The notes under the pieces: model-generated
What the model saw: the letters and a program-made list of their open reading frames with translations, nothing else
The model's database searches: none
Told to the model about the DNA's origin: nothing
Shown here: positions 48,447-61,402 of the stretch, piece by piece
Layout of the letters: each line of letters begins with the position of its first letter
Numbering within the stretch: the first letter of the stretch is position 1
Made by a program: the position numbers and the translations under genes
NCBI RefSeq assembly: GCF_009834535.1
Contig: NC_045707.1
Coordinates: 60,824,001 to 60,888,000, forward strand
Length of the DNA stretch: 64,000 nt
DNA from: Camelus ferus
Taxonomy: Eukaryota
Reading direction: 5' to 3'

Positions 48447-50640
48447 TCATTTATTCAATTAATATTTATTGAGTGTCTACTATGTCCCTGATACTGGCTT
48501 AGGAAGTCGGAATGCATCAAAGCATCCCTGCCTTCATGGAATTTACCATCTAGTGGTGAGAGGAAAAAAAAAACTATAATTATATAAATTATATGGTAAG
48601 TTAAAAAGTGGTAAGTGATACCAAAAAAAAAAAAGTAGAGCGTTAAAGAAGAAGAGTGTTCTGTGTGTATTTGTGTGCACGTGCAATTTAAAGTAAAGGA
48701 TGTTGGACAGTGAAAGCCTCACTCAGATGGTGACTTTTGAGCAAAGATTGAGGGAGGTGAAGAGAGACCCAGGTAAACCCCTAGGAGAAGGTCATGCCGC
48801 AAAGAGTAAACTGCCAAGTGCAAGGGCCCCAGGGAGGTGCTTGGAGTGTTGCAGACAAAGCAGGGGGGCCCCCGTGGGTAGAGTGATGCAAGTATGTGAG
48901 GGAGGAATAGAAGAGGTTAGAAAAAAAGCCAGATCCCAAGGTCTTTGCAGACACTGACTTTTATGGAGTTGAGAAGTCTTTGGAAGGTTTTGAGCAGAGA
49001 AACTACATGATGTGACTTGTGTTGGAAAAACATCCTATGGATGCTGTGCTATGAATAGACTGTGTGTGGGCAAGCAGTAGTAGATGGGGTGCTGGTAGGC
49101 TAGGGTGGAAACCAGACAGATGAGTTAGGAGGCTATTATAATAACCTGGGCTTTCTGGAGACTATTAACAATAACCTGGAGAGTAATGAGAGGGAGTTGA
49201 ACCAGTATTGTTGCACTAGAAACAGTGAGAATCATCAGATTCTGAGAATATTTTGAAGGTGGAATTCCTAGGATTTGCTAATAGATTGAACAGGGGATAG
49301 AAAAAGAAGAGTAAGAATGACCCCAAACTTTCGGGCCTGGCTTACTGGAAGGGTTGGCATTGGTGGAAGCTGGGAAAGACTCAGAGAGGAGCAGGATTGC
49401 TGAGATCAGGAGTTCAGTTTTGACATGCGAGGTTTGACATGACAAGACATCTGTGGCAGGGAGGACAATGCCCCCCCCCCAGCAGAGGGGCGTCCAGATC
49501 CTAATCCCTGGAACCCGTGAATATGTTTGGTTACATGGCAAAGAGGAATTAAGGTAGTAGATGGAATGAAGGTTGGTAATTAGCTGACCTTAAGACAGAA
49601 TTATCCAGGTGGACTCAGTGTAATCACAAGTCATCACAAGTCTCTAAATGTGGAAGAAGGAGACAGAGGAGTCAGAGGGATGCAATGTGAGAAAGATTTG
49701 ACTGGCCATTGCTAGCTTTGAAGATGGTCCTGGCCACAAGCAAAGGAATGCAAGCAGTCTCGAAAAGCTGGAAAAAGGCAAGGTAGTGGATTCTTCCCTA
49801 GAGCCTCTAGGAAGAAATGCAGCCCTGCTGATGCCTTGACTTTAGACCACTGAGATGCATTTTGGGCTTCTGACCTCCTCCAGAAAAGTAAGGTTATAAA
49901 TTTAATAAATTTGTGGTGTTTGAAGCCACTAGGTTTGTGATCATTTCTTGCAGCCCCAATAGGAAAATATAACACCCAAGTGGAGATAACTAATAGGCTG
50001 CTGGATATAAATGTCTGGATTTGGGGTAGAGATCCAGGATGGGGATATAAGTTTGAAATTATCAGAGTATTGATGATACTTAAAACTAGGAGACCTGCTG
50101 TGATCAAGTGAGTCAGTACAGAGAGGGGAAGAGGAGAGAAGAGCTGGGAAGTGGGGAGGAGGAGAGGGGAGAGGAGAGGAGAGGGAAATGCAAGGACTGG
50201 GCTTGGAGGAACTCTGATATTAAGAGACCAAGATGAGAAGGAGCCAGCAAAGGAGACCTGGGAGGAGAAACTAGTGAGGTAGGAGGACAGCCAGGTGGGC
50301 GTGTTGCCTGGGAGCAGGAGAAGGAGATGATGATACGTGTCAGATGCTGCTGATGGGTCAGGTAAGATGAGGACGGAGATGGAGCATTGGACTGAGCAAT
50401 GTAGGGGTGACTGGTGACCTTGATAAGAGCAGTTTGAGCAGAGTGGTGTCGGCTAAAACCTTGTGGAATAGATTTTAGCAAGAAAAGGAAGAATGGAGTT
50501 AAAGACAGTGAGTATAAATTCCTTTGAAAGAGTTTTGTTATAAAAATGAGTGGAGAGACTGTGACAGCTGGAGTTGGAAGTGGACTTTTTGGCTGAGAGT
50601 GAGAGAAATAACAATTTATTTGTATGTTGATAAGAATGAT
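48447..50640 (-). mobile_element. Long L2a segment interrupted by MLT1D
   Basis: Tail 'tcatttattcaattaatatttattgagtgtctactatgt'; internal 'ggaaggttttgagcagag', 'gatcaggagttcagttttgacatg', 'ggtgaccttgataagagcagttt'. Confidence 0.9.
49452..49971 (+). mobile_element. MLT1D MaLR solo LTR
   Basis: 'tcctaatccctggaacccgtgaatatgtt...tacatggcaaagaggaattaaggt...agctggaaaaaggcaagg...aagccactaggtttgtga'. Confidence 0.92.
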
Positions 50641-50714
50641 CGAGCAGGGAGGATCAGAGAGGTCAGGTCACTTGCTCAAGGTCACATGACCATGTAGAGC
50701 AGAGATGAACTCTT

Positions 50715-50892
50715 CCAGCTGAGGTCATTCTAGACAAGCCCACCCCCAGAAGGGGAGCCACTTAGCCAGCCCAGCAGCTGGCCACACACTAATGTGTGAG
50801 CCCAGCCAAGACCAGCTTAATGATGCCTTCTGTTTCAATTGAAGTTTATGGGTTGCTGTTATGTAAAAAAAAAAAATAATAATAACTGATAT
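50715..50892 (+). mobile_element. MLT1 (F/G/H-like) 3' fragment
   Basis: 'gtgagcccagccaagaccagc...gggttgctgttatg...ataactgata'. Confidence 0.6.
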
Positions 50893-51349
50893 TGGGTCAA
50901 ATTAGTTACATGTGTTTGAGGTACAAGTGGCCACCTAAGTTCAAGATCATAACTGACTAATATATGCAAAGGGCATTATAATTCATTATATGGGATTCAT
51001 TATAATGAGATTGTAAGAGACCTTTCGCTCTCAAAGGTCTGCCCAGTGTAAGTTTTATGCTAAATTTCTAATTTGCTTTTTCACTGGAAAAAAATAGGAA
51101 TGTAATCACCTTTAGCAACTTATTTATGGCATGAAAATTGATACATCTTTCTCTACATAGGTGGCAAAATAAGATTAAATAACACTATCACTGTTCACTG
51201 AATGCGTGTCTAGACAACACCAAGTCATGGCTTTTTCTTGTCCTAATATGCCGTCATTTAAATTTTTGCACTTTGCCTTCATTTCTTTTTAAAATCATGA
51301 GGAAATAGTTTGCAAATCAAATATATTTTACTTGAAAAGGTCATTTTCC

Positions 51350-51480
51350 TATGCTAATTTGCTTAATTGTGATGATTATTTCACCATGTATAGGTATGTC
51401 AAAACATCACATTGTACATCTTAAATATACAAAATTTTTATTTGCCAATTATACCCCAAAAAAGTCAGGAAAAGAAGAAA
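51350..51480 (+). mobile_element. L1 (L1MB-like) extreme 3' end
   Basis: 'ttgtgatgattatttcaccatgtata...aaaacatcacattgtacatcttaaatatacaaaatttttatttgccaattatacc'. Confidence 0.85.
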
Positions 51481-53071
51481 AATTTTGATTATTCAAAATG
51501 AATTCATCAGGGAAAAAAATTGAAAAGAAGAAAGAAAAAGAAAACATCATTTTCCAAAGCCTTAATTGGCATTAGTTCTGACCCATAAGTAGTAATTGCA
51601 CAATTACTTTTAGGGTATTATGACTTTGGTGCAAGAAAAATTATGATGGCTATAGACTGATCAGCTTTTGGCTATAACCGTTAAAATCTAGAAATAGAAG
51701 CTAGGAATAAATTCTTTCTGAATGAATCCATTCCTTTTCTCAAAAATTCTAGATCAAGGTAACCATAAGTATAAGTGAGTTAAGAGCAAAACCAACTTTT
51801 GCAGCATCTCATGCCTTAGTGAGTTTCTGAGCACAAACATCTTGCTCTGTATCCATCTCTTTTCCCTCTTTCCTGTAGGGTAAGGATATTGTGGTTCTTC
51901 TCAGGGTCGTGATCCCCCTGGCCTCCCTTCTCTCTCCTCCCCCATTGCCCTCACAATTCCACATCAGAGGAATAGGAAGCACTATGCCCTTGCTGGTGCC
52001 GTCTTTGTGTAAGTCTAGTAGTTTCTAGTTTTACCAGAATTTATATTATAAACCAGACTGCATTGCCAATCTATGTGCACCTTTGATATAAGATACTGTT
52101 TGAGACCTGTGCCTTTGCAGATCAGGCAAGATGTATTCTTGGTTTCCCACAGACATGGGACAGAAATTTTCTAGTTTAAATCTAAGAAATGTATTTACCC
52201 AAAAGCCGAGTGATGTGTTAATAACCATTCCTGTCCACAGAGGTTTTTGTCAGTTTGTGCTCTGTCATTATACAGTGACCTTTCTCTGGCGTATCAGGAG
52301 GCATTTAAGAGAGAACAACTTTGCTCAGGATTCTTTATGGTGTGTGATGGAGAAATCATTGCTGTCGGGGGGGTCTTAATTGGAACTAAAGTGGATATCT
52401 CTTCAGCATTTAGTTTCAGGTATGAAGCACTTTCTCACATTAAGCATTTCCTTATCTGTATAATAGGGTGTCAACAAGCACTTCTATGTAAATAAATGTT
52501 TTATTGAACACATATGCCAGGAACTATTCTAAGACCTTTGTATACATGACCTCCTAAGATGGGAATTTGAATGCACAAAGCAGTTGAAATGCACACATTT
52601 TAATTTTTAAAAATTCTTAGACATAAAAACAGTCTTCAAAGTTCTTAAAGGTCATTTTGTCATGAAATAAAAAGCAAATGCATGAATTGGAGAAGTACTG
52701 AAAGAGAAACAAGCACTCTGAAAGTGTTGCTGTTAAAGCAGTCAATTGATTGCACGGTAGGGAGTAATGTTGCAATTGGGCAGCCGTGAAAGAAGGGAAT
52801 TTTTGGCGAAGGCAAGGTTTTTATCTTGAAATGGAAGAGATGGAAATCATAGTGAGACCATAGCTACATGCAGTAAAGTAGCTTTTTTTTTTTTCTTTTC
52901 AAGTTGTGGCTTGAGTGTAGCTGAGTTTTAAAACTGGGAGGCTGGTGCTGGCACTAACTTGTATCTTTTCTTATGAAGTATATGATGCCAAACAAATTGC
53001 ATAGTTTCCAAGACTGGTGAAGTTAACATGGTCATATGCCCCAGGACGGTGGAGGAATTTGGGATGATAAA

Positions 53072-53445
53072 GTGTATTAATTACCTTTTGCTGCATAACA
53101 AATTACCCCGAAGTTTAGCAACTTAAAACAACAAAAATACATTATCTCACCTAGTTTTTAAGGGTCTGGAAACCAGGAGCAGCTTTGCCCAATGGTTCCA
53201 GCTCTTGAAGTTGCAGTCAAGCTGCTGGCTTTGAGGAGGAGCCGCTTCTAGATCCATTTACATGGCTGTTGGCACAAGGCTTCAGTTCCTCACCTTTTAT
53301 TTTTGTAACTTAATCTAGGAAGTGACAATTACTTCTGCTGCATGCTAATGGCATACAGACCAATTCTAGTAAGACATGGTTGGTGGCTATACAGGGTGTG
53401 AATATCAGAAGATGGGATTGTGGGAGGCCATCTTGGATCTGGCTT
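53072..53445 (-). mobile_element. MLT1F-type MaLR LTR
   Basis: 'ttgctgcataacaaattaccccgaagtttagcaacttaaaacaac...gcttcagttcctc...gggtgtgaatatcagaagatggg...ggccatctt'. Confidence 0.85.
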
Positions 53446-53872
53446 TGTTTATTTTCTTAAAAAATCATTTGGTCCTGCCAGTTAATGAGACAGCATCTGC
53501 TTATACACCTACGTCCTTTTGAGTTATGCAAAATCCTAGTCACAGGAACTTGGAACTGGAAGAACTGTAGAGATGATCTTCTAACCCAATCCTTGTTTTC
53601 TTCTAAGACTCATCAGGATGGAGTAGGGAAAATAAAGCCCAGGGTGCATAAAGGACTTGCCCCAAATACCCTCCCCTCCAAAAGCTGATTCAAAAGTTTA
53701 TCCTTAGACCTGTCAGTAACTTTTTATAAAATATTTGAATCCATAATTTTTTGTTTATGATTTATTTTACTTTTAAATCAGAAGAACCCAAATGTTGAGT
53801 TGGGTTTAATTTTCATGAGTCAGGATTCATTCAAGTCAATGTTCTTTTCTTTTTTAAAAAAAATTTCTTCAT

Positions 53873-53996
53873 GGGTGGGAAGGGCATAGCTCGGTGGTAG
53901 AGTGCCTAACATGCAGGAGGTCTTGGGTTCAATTCCCAGTAGACTCCATTAAATAAATAAATAATTGAACCTAATTACCTCACCCCATAAAAAAAA
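53873..53996 (+). mobile_element. tRNA-Ala-derived SINE (Vic-1-like)
   Basis: 'catagctcggtggtagagtgc...gggttcaattcccagt...aataaataaata...aacctaattacctcacccc' plus A-tail. Confidence 0.9.
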
Positions 53997-54387
53997 TTTT
54001 TTTTAATTTCTTTAAAAAAATGTATTGAATGTTATTTTGTGCCAAATACATGTTAGATACTGGGTACACTGTCTAAAATAGGGGGAAAAATGCCCTTTCC
54101 TAATGAAGCCTATTGGAGGGGGGATATATTTAACAAGTATTAAAAACAGGTGCTGTGTGGGACACAAAAATGAGGAAAATGTTATTCGTGCTCTAAAGAA
54201 GCTTAAAATGTAGTACAATTAGTGTTAGAATTATGTATATAAGATGTTAATTGGCATAATTTAACTTTTCATATGACTGGTCTCATGGCACTAGTGTGAA
54301 GCTAAAAGGCTTTTTAGCTATGTTGGTGGTAGCTGGATTTGCTACTGCCAATCAGACTGGGTCCATGTTACTTTAATGTGTGTACAT

Positions 54388-55866
54388 ATTTTTATCGAAA
54401 TATAATTGACTTACAATATTATACTAGTTTCAGGTGTACAGCATAGTGATTCAGTATTTTTTAAATGTTTTTTTCAGATTATACTCCATTAAAGGTTATT
54501 AAAAGATAATGGCTATAATTCCCTGTGTTATATGATATATCCTTCTTGCTTATCAATTTTATAAATAATAGTTTGTGTCTCTTAATCCTATAACCCTAAT
54601 TTGCCCCTCCCCCCCCACTTCCCTTTGGTAACCATGAGGTTGTTTTCTATGTCTGTGAGTCTGTTTCTGCTTTGCACACACACTCATTTGTAGCATTTTT
54701 AAGATTCCATTCAGAAGCGGAACTATACATTTTTTCTCTGACTTATTTCACTAAGCATAATATTCTTAAGATCCATCTATGTTGCTGCAAATGGCAGAAT
54801 TTTATACTTTTTTATGGCTGAGCAATATTCCATTGTATATATGTCTGTACAACAGACATTCATCTGTTGATGGACATTTGGGTTGCTTCCATATCTCACC
54901 TATTGTAAATAGTGCTGCTATGAACATTGGGGTGCATGTATCTTTTTGAATTAGTATTTTCATTTTTTTCCAGGTATATACCCAGGAGAGGAATTGCTGG
55001 ATCATACAGTAAATCTATTTTTAGTGTTTTGAGGAATCTCCATACTGTTTTCCATAGTGGCTGTACCAATTTACACTCCCACCATGTACAAGGATTCCCT
55101 TTTCTCCACATCCTCACCAACATTTGTTATTTGTAGACTTTTTGATGATAGCCATCCTGACAGGTGTGAGGTGATATTTCATTGTTGTTTTGATTTGCAT
55201 TTCTCTAATAATTAGTGATGTTGAATATCTTTACATGTGCCTGTTAGCCATCTGTATGTCTTCTTTCAAAAAATATTTATCAAGTCTTCTGCCCATTTTT
55301 TGACTGGGTTGTTTGGGGTTTTTTTGATATTGAATTGTATGAGCTGTTTGTATAGTTTGAATATTAACCTCTTATCAGTCATATTATCTGCAAGTGTTTT
55401 CTCCCATTCTGTAGGTTGTCTTTTCATTTTGTCAGTGGTTTCCTTTTTTTGTGCAAAAGCTTTTAAGTTTAATTAGGTCCCACTGGCTATTTTTTATTTT
55501 ATTTCTTTTGCCCTAGGAGACAGATCCAAAAAAAATATTGCTGTGTTTTATGTCAAAGAATATTCTGCCTGTGTTATTTTCTAGATGTTTTATGTCTTCA
55601 GGTCTTACACTGAGGTCTTTAATCCATTTGAGTTTATTTTTATATATGGTGTGTGGTAATGTCCTAATCTCTGTTTTACATGTGGCTGTCCAGTTTTCCC
55701 AGCACCACTTACTGAAGAGACTGTCTTTTCTCCGTTATATATTCTTGCCTCCTTTGTCACAAATTAATTGGCCATAGGTGCATGGATTTATTTTTGGGCT
55801 GTCTGTTCTGTTCCATTGATCCATGTGTCTATTTTTGTACCAGTACCACTGTCTTGATTACTGTTC
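54388..55866 (-). mobile_element. L1 3' ~1.5 kb (ORF2 C-terminus and 3'UTR)
   Basis: ORF-track peptides '[16 protein letters not shown]...WKQPKCPS' and '[18 protein letters not shown]...[11 protein letters not shown]' are L1 ORF2; frameshifted. Confidence 0.95.
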
Positions 55867-56794
55867 TTTACATTTTTAATGTTTGTATAACACAGTCTTG
55901 TTATACATAGACTTGGAGTATATGCATGGAAGAGAAAAGTAATAAACAGAGTGGCTGCAGTTAAAAATCTCTAATTTTAAGCCTCCTTAGGGTGCTTAAA
56001 CAATGCTAAATGATAACTCTTGTCTCAATCACCAGCAGCTTATAGGTATTACATGTCATTAGGAAATGAGTTTTTTAAAATAGAGTTAGAATCAGGCTCA
56101 AAATCTGCATGGCATCATAAAAAATGGGTTCTTCCCAAGAACAGGGGATGACAAAAGTTATTCCAGCTTTGTGGTTATTGTAGCTTCATCAGTCAAATGT
56201 TTGGATCCAGGAACCAATCGTAAATTTTTAGAGGAAGCCAACTGTGGATAAGATAAACTGTTTCTTGGCAGTATCCCCTTGAGAAAAGATTTTGGATAGA
56301 AAAGTTCTCTTTGGATGGTTTCTGCAAACACCATCCTACTAATGAAACTCCCTGGGCTTTTCTCTCTGACTGCTCTGCAAATACTGGTTGCCAATTACCT
56401 GTGATTCAGGTCCATATTGTATGTACAGCATGTCCTCCATTTGTTCCCTGGACCAGGGCTGGCTCTCCCACCGAGCAGCCAATTGAAGGGAGAGAGAGCC
56501 AGATATAAACATTTCAGTTTAATTTTTTCTGCCTAGTATATAGCAGAGCATCACACACAAGAAGACACATAATAAATGCTCTTGGATAAAGGCAAGGGCT
56601 GCTGCTAGCACCATTTCTAGGCTCAGGATAGAATGGGCTTTAGTTTTGCTTTTCCTAAATTACACTGAATTTAGGGATTTACTTTAAAAAAAATGCTTTA
56701 GCATTATAAAGTAACCCAGAGGCAAAAAGAAGATAAGATGGACACCAAGGATCTGAGTACATTGTGGTGAAAAGAGAATGGGCTTTGGAATTGC

Positions 56795-57140
56795 TCAGAA
56801 ATTTATTCATCCATCCATTCACTCAACATATATGGATGGAGAGTGTGCATGTAGTGAACAAAGCTGACAAAAAGCCCTACCATCTTGGAACTTGCGTTTT
56901 AGTAATGCAAATATGGTATGTCAGAGAATTTAAGTGCTTGGAGGAAAATAAAGTGAGGAATGGGTGAGGGACAACAGCAAGTGGGGTGAAGTTGTCAGAG
57001 GAGTGTTAGGGAAGGTCTCACTGAGAAGGTGACATTTAAGCGTGTGAAGTACATGGAGGAGATAAGGAAGGGTGTCACGTGGTTATGGGGGAAGAGTGTT
57101 CAGGCAGAGGGACAGCTGGGACAAAAGTGCTGGTGTGGGT
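56795..57140 (-). mobile_element. L2 3' fragment
   Basis: 'tttattcatccatccattcactcaaca...agggaaggtctcactgagaaggtgacatttaagc...gagtgttcaggcagagggacagc'. Confidence 0.8.
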
Positions 57141-57169
57141 GTGGCAAGCAGGCCGGCGTGGCGGAAGAG

Positions 57170-57345
57170 ATTTGACTGTAAGTCCAGTCCTGCTGAGAAA
57201 GCCACCTAACCTCCCTAAACTTCAGTTTCCTCCCCTAAAAAGTAGAGATGAAAACGCCTAGTTTGCAGGATTATAGTGAAGACCAAACGAAATAGTAAAG
57301 GCAAGGAACCAGCACGGTGCCAGGTATCCAGATAAGAGCTTTAAT
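57170..57345 (+). mobile_element. MIR
   Basis: 'cacctaacctccctaaacttcagtttcctcccctaaaaagtagagat...cagcacggtgccagg'. Confidence 0.7.
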
Positions 57346-57444
57346 TTCAACGTAAAGAATGTTTCGTAGCACTGATACTGCTTCTGTTCCTTCTTCCTGG
57401 AAAACAAAGGAAATGACACTACATTGTAGGTTTCTCATGAGAAG

Positions 57445-57959
57445 TGAAGGGTGGCAGAATATGCCACCCCAAAATATGTCTCTTAGGCATAAGGATTATT
57501 TTCAAAACAACAGACACAAGAGAAGAACTGAGAACACAGAAGTTACCCTTTTGTAAGGGAAATTTACAATTATAAGGGAATCCCCATTTGCAAGGTCATC
57601 TCCCTCTCTTCACCAGAAGAGAAAGATAACTAAATAGCAAGAAACTCATCAATGGAGAAGGCACCAATTTAAATCTGTGTAACAACCCTTACTTTTGTTT
57701 ACTTTTCCTGATCACTTCCTTATAATTGGCCTCTCCCATACTCTTCTCTCTAGTCTTTAGCTGAAGATGGTATTTAAGCCTGAATTCTAAACCACCTCTG
57801 AGAGTTACTCACTTTTTCCTGGGTATCTCCCATGTATAGGCAAGGTATACATGTTAATAAACTTCTATTTATTTCTCTTTTGTTAACCTGTCTTTTGTTA
57901 CAAGGTTCACAGGGGAGAACTTAGAAGAGTAGAGAGAAAATTATTTTTCCTCCCCTACA
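57445..57959 (+). mobile_element. ERV1-class solo LTR (MER34A-like) inserted in a MIR tail
   Basis: 'tgaagggtggcagaatatgccaccccaaaatatg' ... 'aaaattatttttcctcccctaca'; near-TSD GAAG/GGAG; homologous to 42476-43009. Confidence 0.92.
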
Positions 57960-58919
57960 GGAGTAAATGCAATAATACATGTAAAGTACTTAGCTCAGAG
58001 CCTGACACATGTTAGATGCATAATTGATGGCAGTTCTCATTATCAGATACTTCAGTAAAGCATTAATTAGTATAGACATAGACAAAATTAGGAGAGCAGC
58101 ACCAAGCCACTAACAAACAGGGCTAGGAGGAAAACAGAACTAGTTCCAGGGCCCAAAGGGACCAGGAAATATAAGAGCAATGGAGCTGACAAAGGGCAAA
58201 TTGAGGATAAATTCCATCAAGGTTTTACTCAAGGCCAGGGCAAACTTGGTGAGTAATCTGATTTATTTGAAGGAGCATGGAGTGGGAGAGACAGCAGAGC
58301 AGAGGCAAAAACTAGGTGAACTTGAGGCTTCAATATAGGGAGGGAACTATACCAAATAGTTATTGTAAAGTTGAGCAAGTAGAATCATTATAAGCAGACC
58401 TGGCCACAAATGGGTGTGACTTGTCAAAGGAAACAGGCTAGGATGGAGGGCAGAGAGATTAATGCAATATGTCAAAAAGATACAGACATATGTGGAAGCC
58501 TATAACTGTTGCAGGGAGTACCGTGGAGAACATTTGGATAAGGATAAAAGCAGAGAGAAAGCAAAAATGATACAGTTGTGGGAGGATACTAAAGACAGTT
58601 CTATAAGAAGTAGGAAATAGAAGTTGTATTCCAGAATCAGACAGCAAATGCTGGCCAAGCTATGCAGAAAATTTCTAGATCCCAGGTTCAATTAAGAACA
58701 AGGCATCAAATAAATCCTTGAAAGTCAGAGCATCATGGTAGTTAACTTAATGGACTGTAGGTGAACGGATTTCATTTCAGATATATTGTGTGACCTTTGA
58801 TAAATTAACCACTATTAGCCTTGGTTTTCTGGCAAGTAAAATAAAGGTGATAAAATTCTTTTGAGGGCAATATTTAAGAAGCCTTTTGAAAATGGTTTAA
58901 CATTTTCTTAGATTTTCAT

Positions 58920-59012
58920 CTTCCAACTAATAGAGAAATGAGAAAGGGAGTTGCTATTTTGGATTTAATTCTGACCAACAGTGAAGCAGCTGTGGGCTGA
59001 GTTGGGAACTTT
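58920..59012 (+). mobile_element. L3/CR1 ORF2 endonuclease-region fragment
   Basis: 'gctattttggatttaattctgaccaacagtgaa' translates to AILDLILTNSE, matching the CR1 motif (A/S)xLDLxLTN. Confidence 0.6.
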
Positions 59013-59589
59013 AGAAGAAAGGGGAGGGAAAAACAAAGTGATGACCTATGTTAGAGTCCTGGATGGAGAGAGGGGCACTCGGCAGGAGCCTGGGATCAGG
59101 ATGTTCCTTCTCACTCCTCCAAGAATTTCCCAGAGCACAACTTGACAAGAACTTTGTTTTTCTTCTTTCATTTGGACCACCCAGACTGCCACACATTTCC
59201 CACCTCTTTGAAATGTTCTTTCCCTTTATCTTCCTGCTTGACATTTTTGTGCAGACATTAATTTTTCCCCCTAAGTGGTCCTGAAAGCGCTGGAGTCAGA
59301 GTCAGGAGCGTTCAAGTTCTTTTATTTCACGCCTGAGCACATAGGCGCTACGTTTTCCCTCCCTCCTTCTCTTCTACCTCTTTCCTCTTCTCCTCTGTCT
59401 CCTCTGTTTTTCCCCATCCAGACTCATCCCAAACTCAAGTTTATAGATTGAAAGTGAGAGCACTAAGAGAGTTAGTGGGTGAGACCAATGTCAGTGGGGG
59501 CTGAGGGTTCAGGTGGCAGCCATTGCAATCTCTCTGTTACCCACCCACCCTCCACTTAGGGCAAACCTAGTGCCTTTTCCTGCCCTCAC

Positions 59590-59880
59590 CTGTGACAACA
59601 GAATCCTGACTGTGTGCAGGACTGTAATGTTTGGGCACAGCAGACCATTATAAACCTCCTCTGCTTCCCCAGCCTCCCTTGCTGCAAGAGGTGGGGTGAA
59701 TCAGCATCACTCATGCCCTTTCCCTTCCCGGAGATCACTTCTTTGCAGTTACGCATGGATGGCTGTGTGACTTGCTTTGGCTAATGAAATATGGGTGGAA
59801 ATTTCACCTATCACTTCTGGATGGAGGCAGGTATGAGTTGTGCCCAAAGTTCATGCTCTTTTTCCCTGCCACCATGATGC
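59590..59880 (+). mobile_element. Old ERVL/MaLR LTR fragments (MLT1I/J-like)
   Basis: 'ctgtgtgacttgctttggctaatgaaatatgggtggaa...tcacttctggatggagg'. Confidence 0.6.
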
Positions 59881-59904
59881 AAGAAAAATAATTCAGTCCT
59901 ATCC

Positions 59905-60968
59905 TACTGTTCCACTTATTGATCGCTGTGTGTAACAGAACCACTCCAAAGCTTCGTGACTTAAAGCAACCACTATCTCATGCTTCTGTGGGTTTACTGG
60001 GCTCAGCTAAGAGGTTCTTCTGTTGATCTCTCTTGAGGTCTCTCATGGAGGTGCAATCAGATAATGGCCAGGGCTGCATCTTTCAATGACTCACTCACAC
60101 ATCTGACACGTTGGCAAGGATGGCTGGAAGCTTGAGCTTGGCTATGTCTCTCTCCCTTTCTCCATGCCATCTCACAGCCTCTCACCCTCTGTCTGATCTT
60201 TCATGCAGTTTCTCTGTATGGTCTTCCTAACATGATGAAGTGTAGCAGAATACTCTGTCCTACAATATGCTGCTGATATAATGATTATTTTGAGTTGAAT
60301 GCAATTGAGAAGAAGCAGATGCAAGAAAAGCCCTCTTCCCTCCCCCTATTTGCCTAAAAGCAGGACACAAATTTGTAAAGGTGCCCACCCCCACCCAATA
60401 ACATCAGGAAGAATTGAAGTTAATCAGTGGAGACAGCGTTAGATCCTTATCAGCCCATAGACTGCACCAGGGGATCCACGCAGCAAACCCTGCTGAAACT
60501 AGCTCTTACCTACCATATAATTGAGCTTCCCACAATTTGTCATTCTAGAGACTCAAAGTCCTTTTCCTTTGCCTTGTCACCTCCTACAAAATTTGCTAAG
60601 GATGCCATATAAGTCTAAGTTCTAATCACTTCTCTGAGTTACTCACCTCTGAGTGCTCCCACGGATACATATGACACACATGTTAATAAACTTCTGGTTT
60701 TCTCTTGTTAATCTGTCTTTTGTCAGACAAGAGGTGTCCTATTGGGGTAAAAACAACAGGGGAGAATAGCTACGTGGTGACACAACACATGAGAAGCATA
60801 ATCTACCAGACTTTTCAAGACTTAGGTCCGGAATGGGCACAGCACCACACCACCACCACATTCTCTTGGTTAAAGCAGTCATGGGCCCAGACCAAGTTAC
60901 AGATTGTGGGAGATAAACACCACTTCTTGAGCAACAGGGAGTTGGTGGCCATTTTTAATCTACCACAC
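59905..60968 (-). mobile_element. MLT1 (G/H/I-like) LTR interrupted by an ERV1 LTR
   Basis: 'gctgtgtgtaacagaaccactccaaagcttcgtgacttaaagcaac...tctcatgcttctgtgggtttactgggctcagct' ... 'ggccatttttaatctaccaca'. Confidence 0.8.
60236..60727 (+). mobile_element. ERV1-class LTR (MER34-related), 3' end decayed
   Basis: 'gattatttttgagttgaatgcaattgagaagaagcagatgcaagaaaa...tatttgcctaaaagcaggaca...catgttaataaacttctggttttctcttgttaatctgtctttt'. Confidence 0.85.
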
Positions 60969-61402
60969 TCACAGTTAACATCAAAAAACTCAAGCCCTTC
61001 ATGTAGACCTGGAAGTACCCAGACTATGGTAGGCAGGAAGACACTTGTCCTAGCTGTAGCCTGTCAGCTAGCACCCTAGACTCCCAGATTCTTCTGAGCT
61101 GCTTCTGGTCCCTTTATTACCAAATCTCCATTCCGTTCTAGTCTGCTTCTTCCCCAAACAGGCTCCTAGCTCCATCTTCCTTCTCTAAGGTTGTGCTATC
61201 ACAAGGGTGACAATGGGCAGTGAAAGGAGGGAAAGTCAGACTCAGACACCACTATTCCTGCAGTTTTCAACCTCTTCTCCCATGGGGAGTGCCGGCAGGC
61301 AGCCACCCCTCGCCCCTAGGCGGGCTCTCCTGCCAACTTATTGAGGATTATCCTAACTCTCTAGTTCCCTTTCATTTCCTCTCTTACACACGTTTTAAGT
61401 TT

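Noticed and set aside
42476..57959. Related LTRs as the two ends of one provirus
   Set aside because: They are in opposite orientations, each has its own (near-)TSD, and no gag/pol/env sequence is evident between them.
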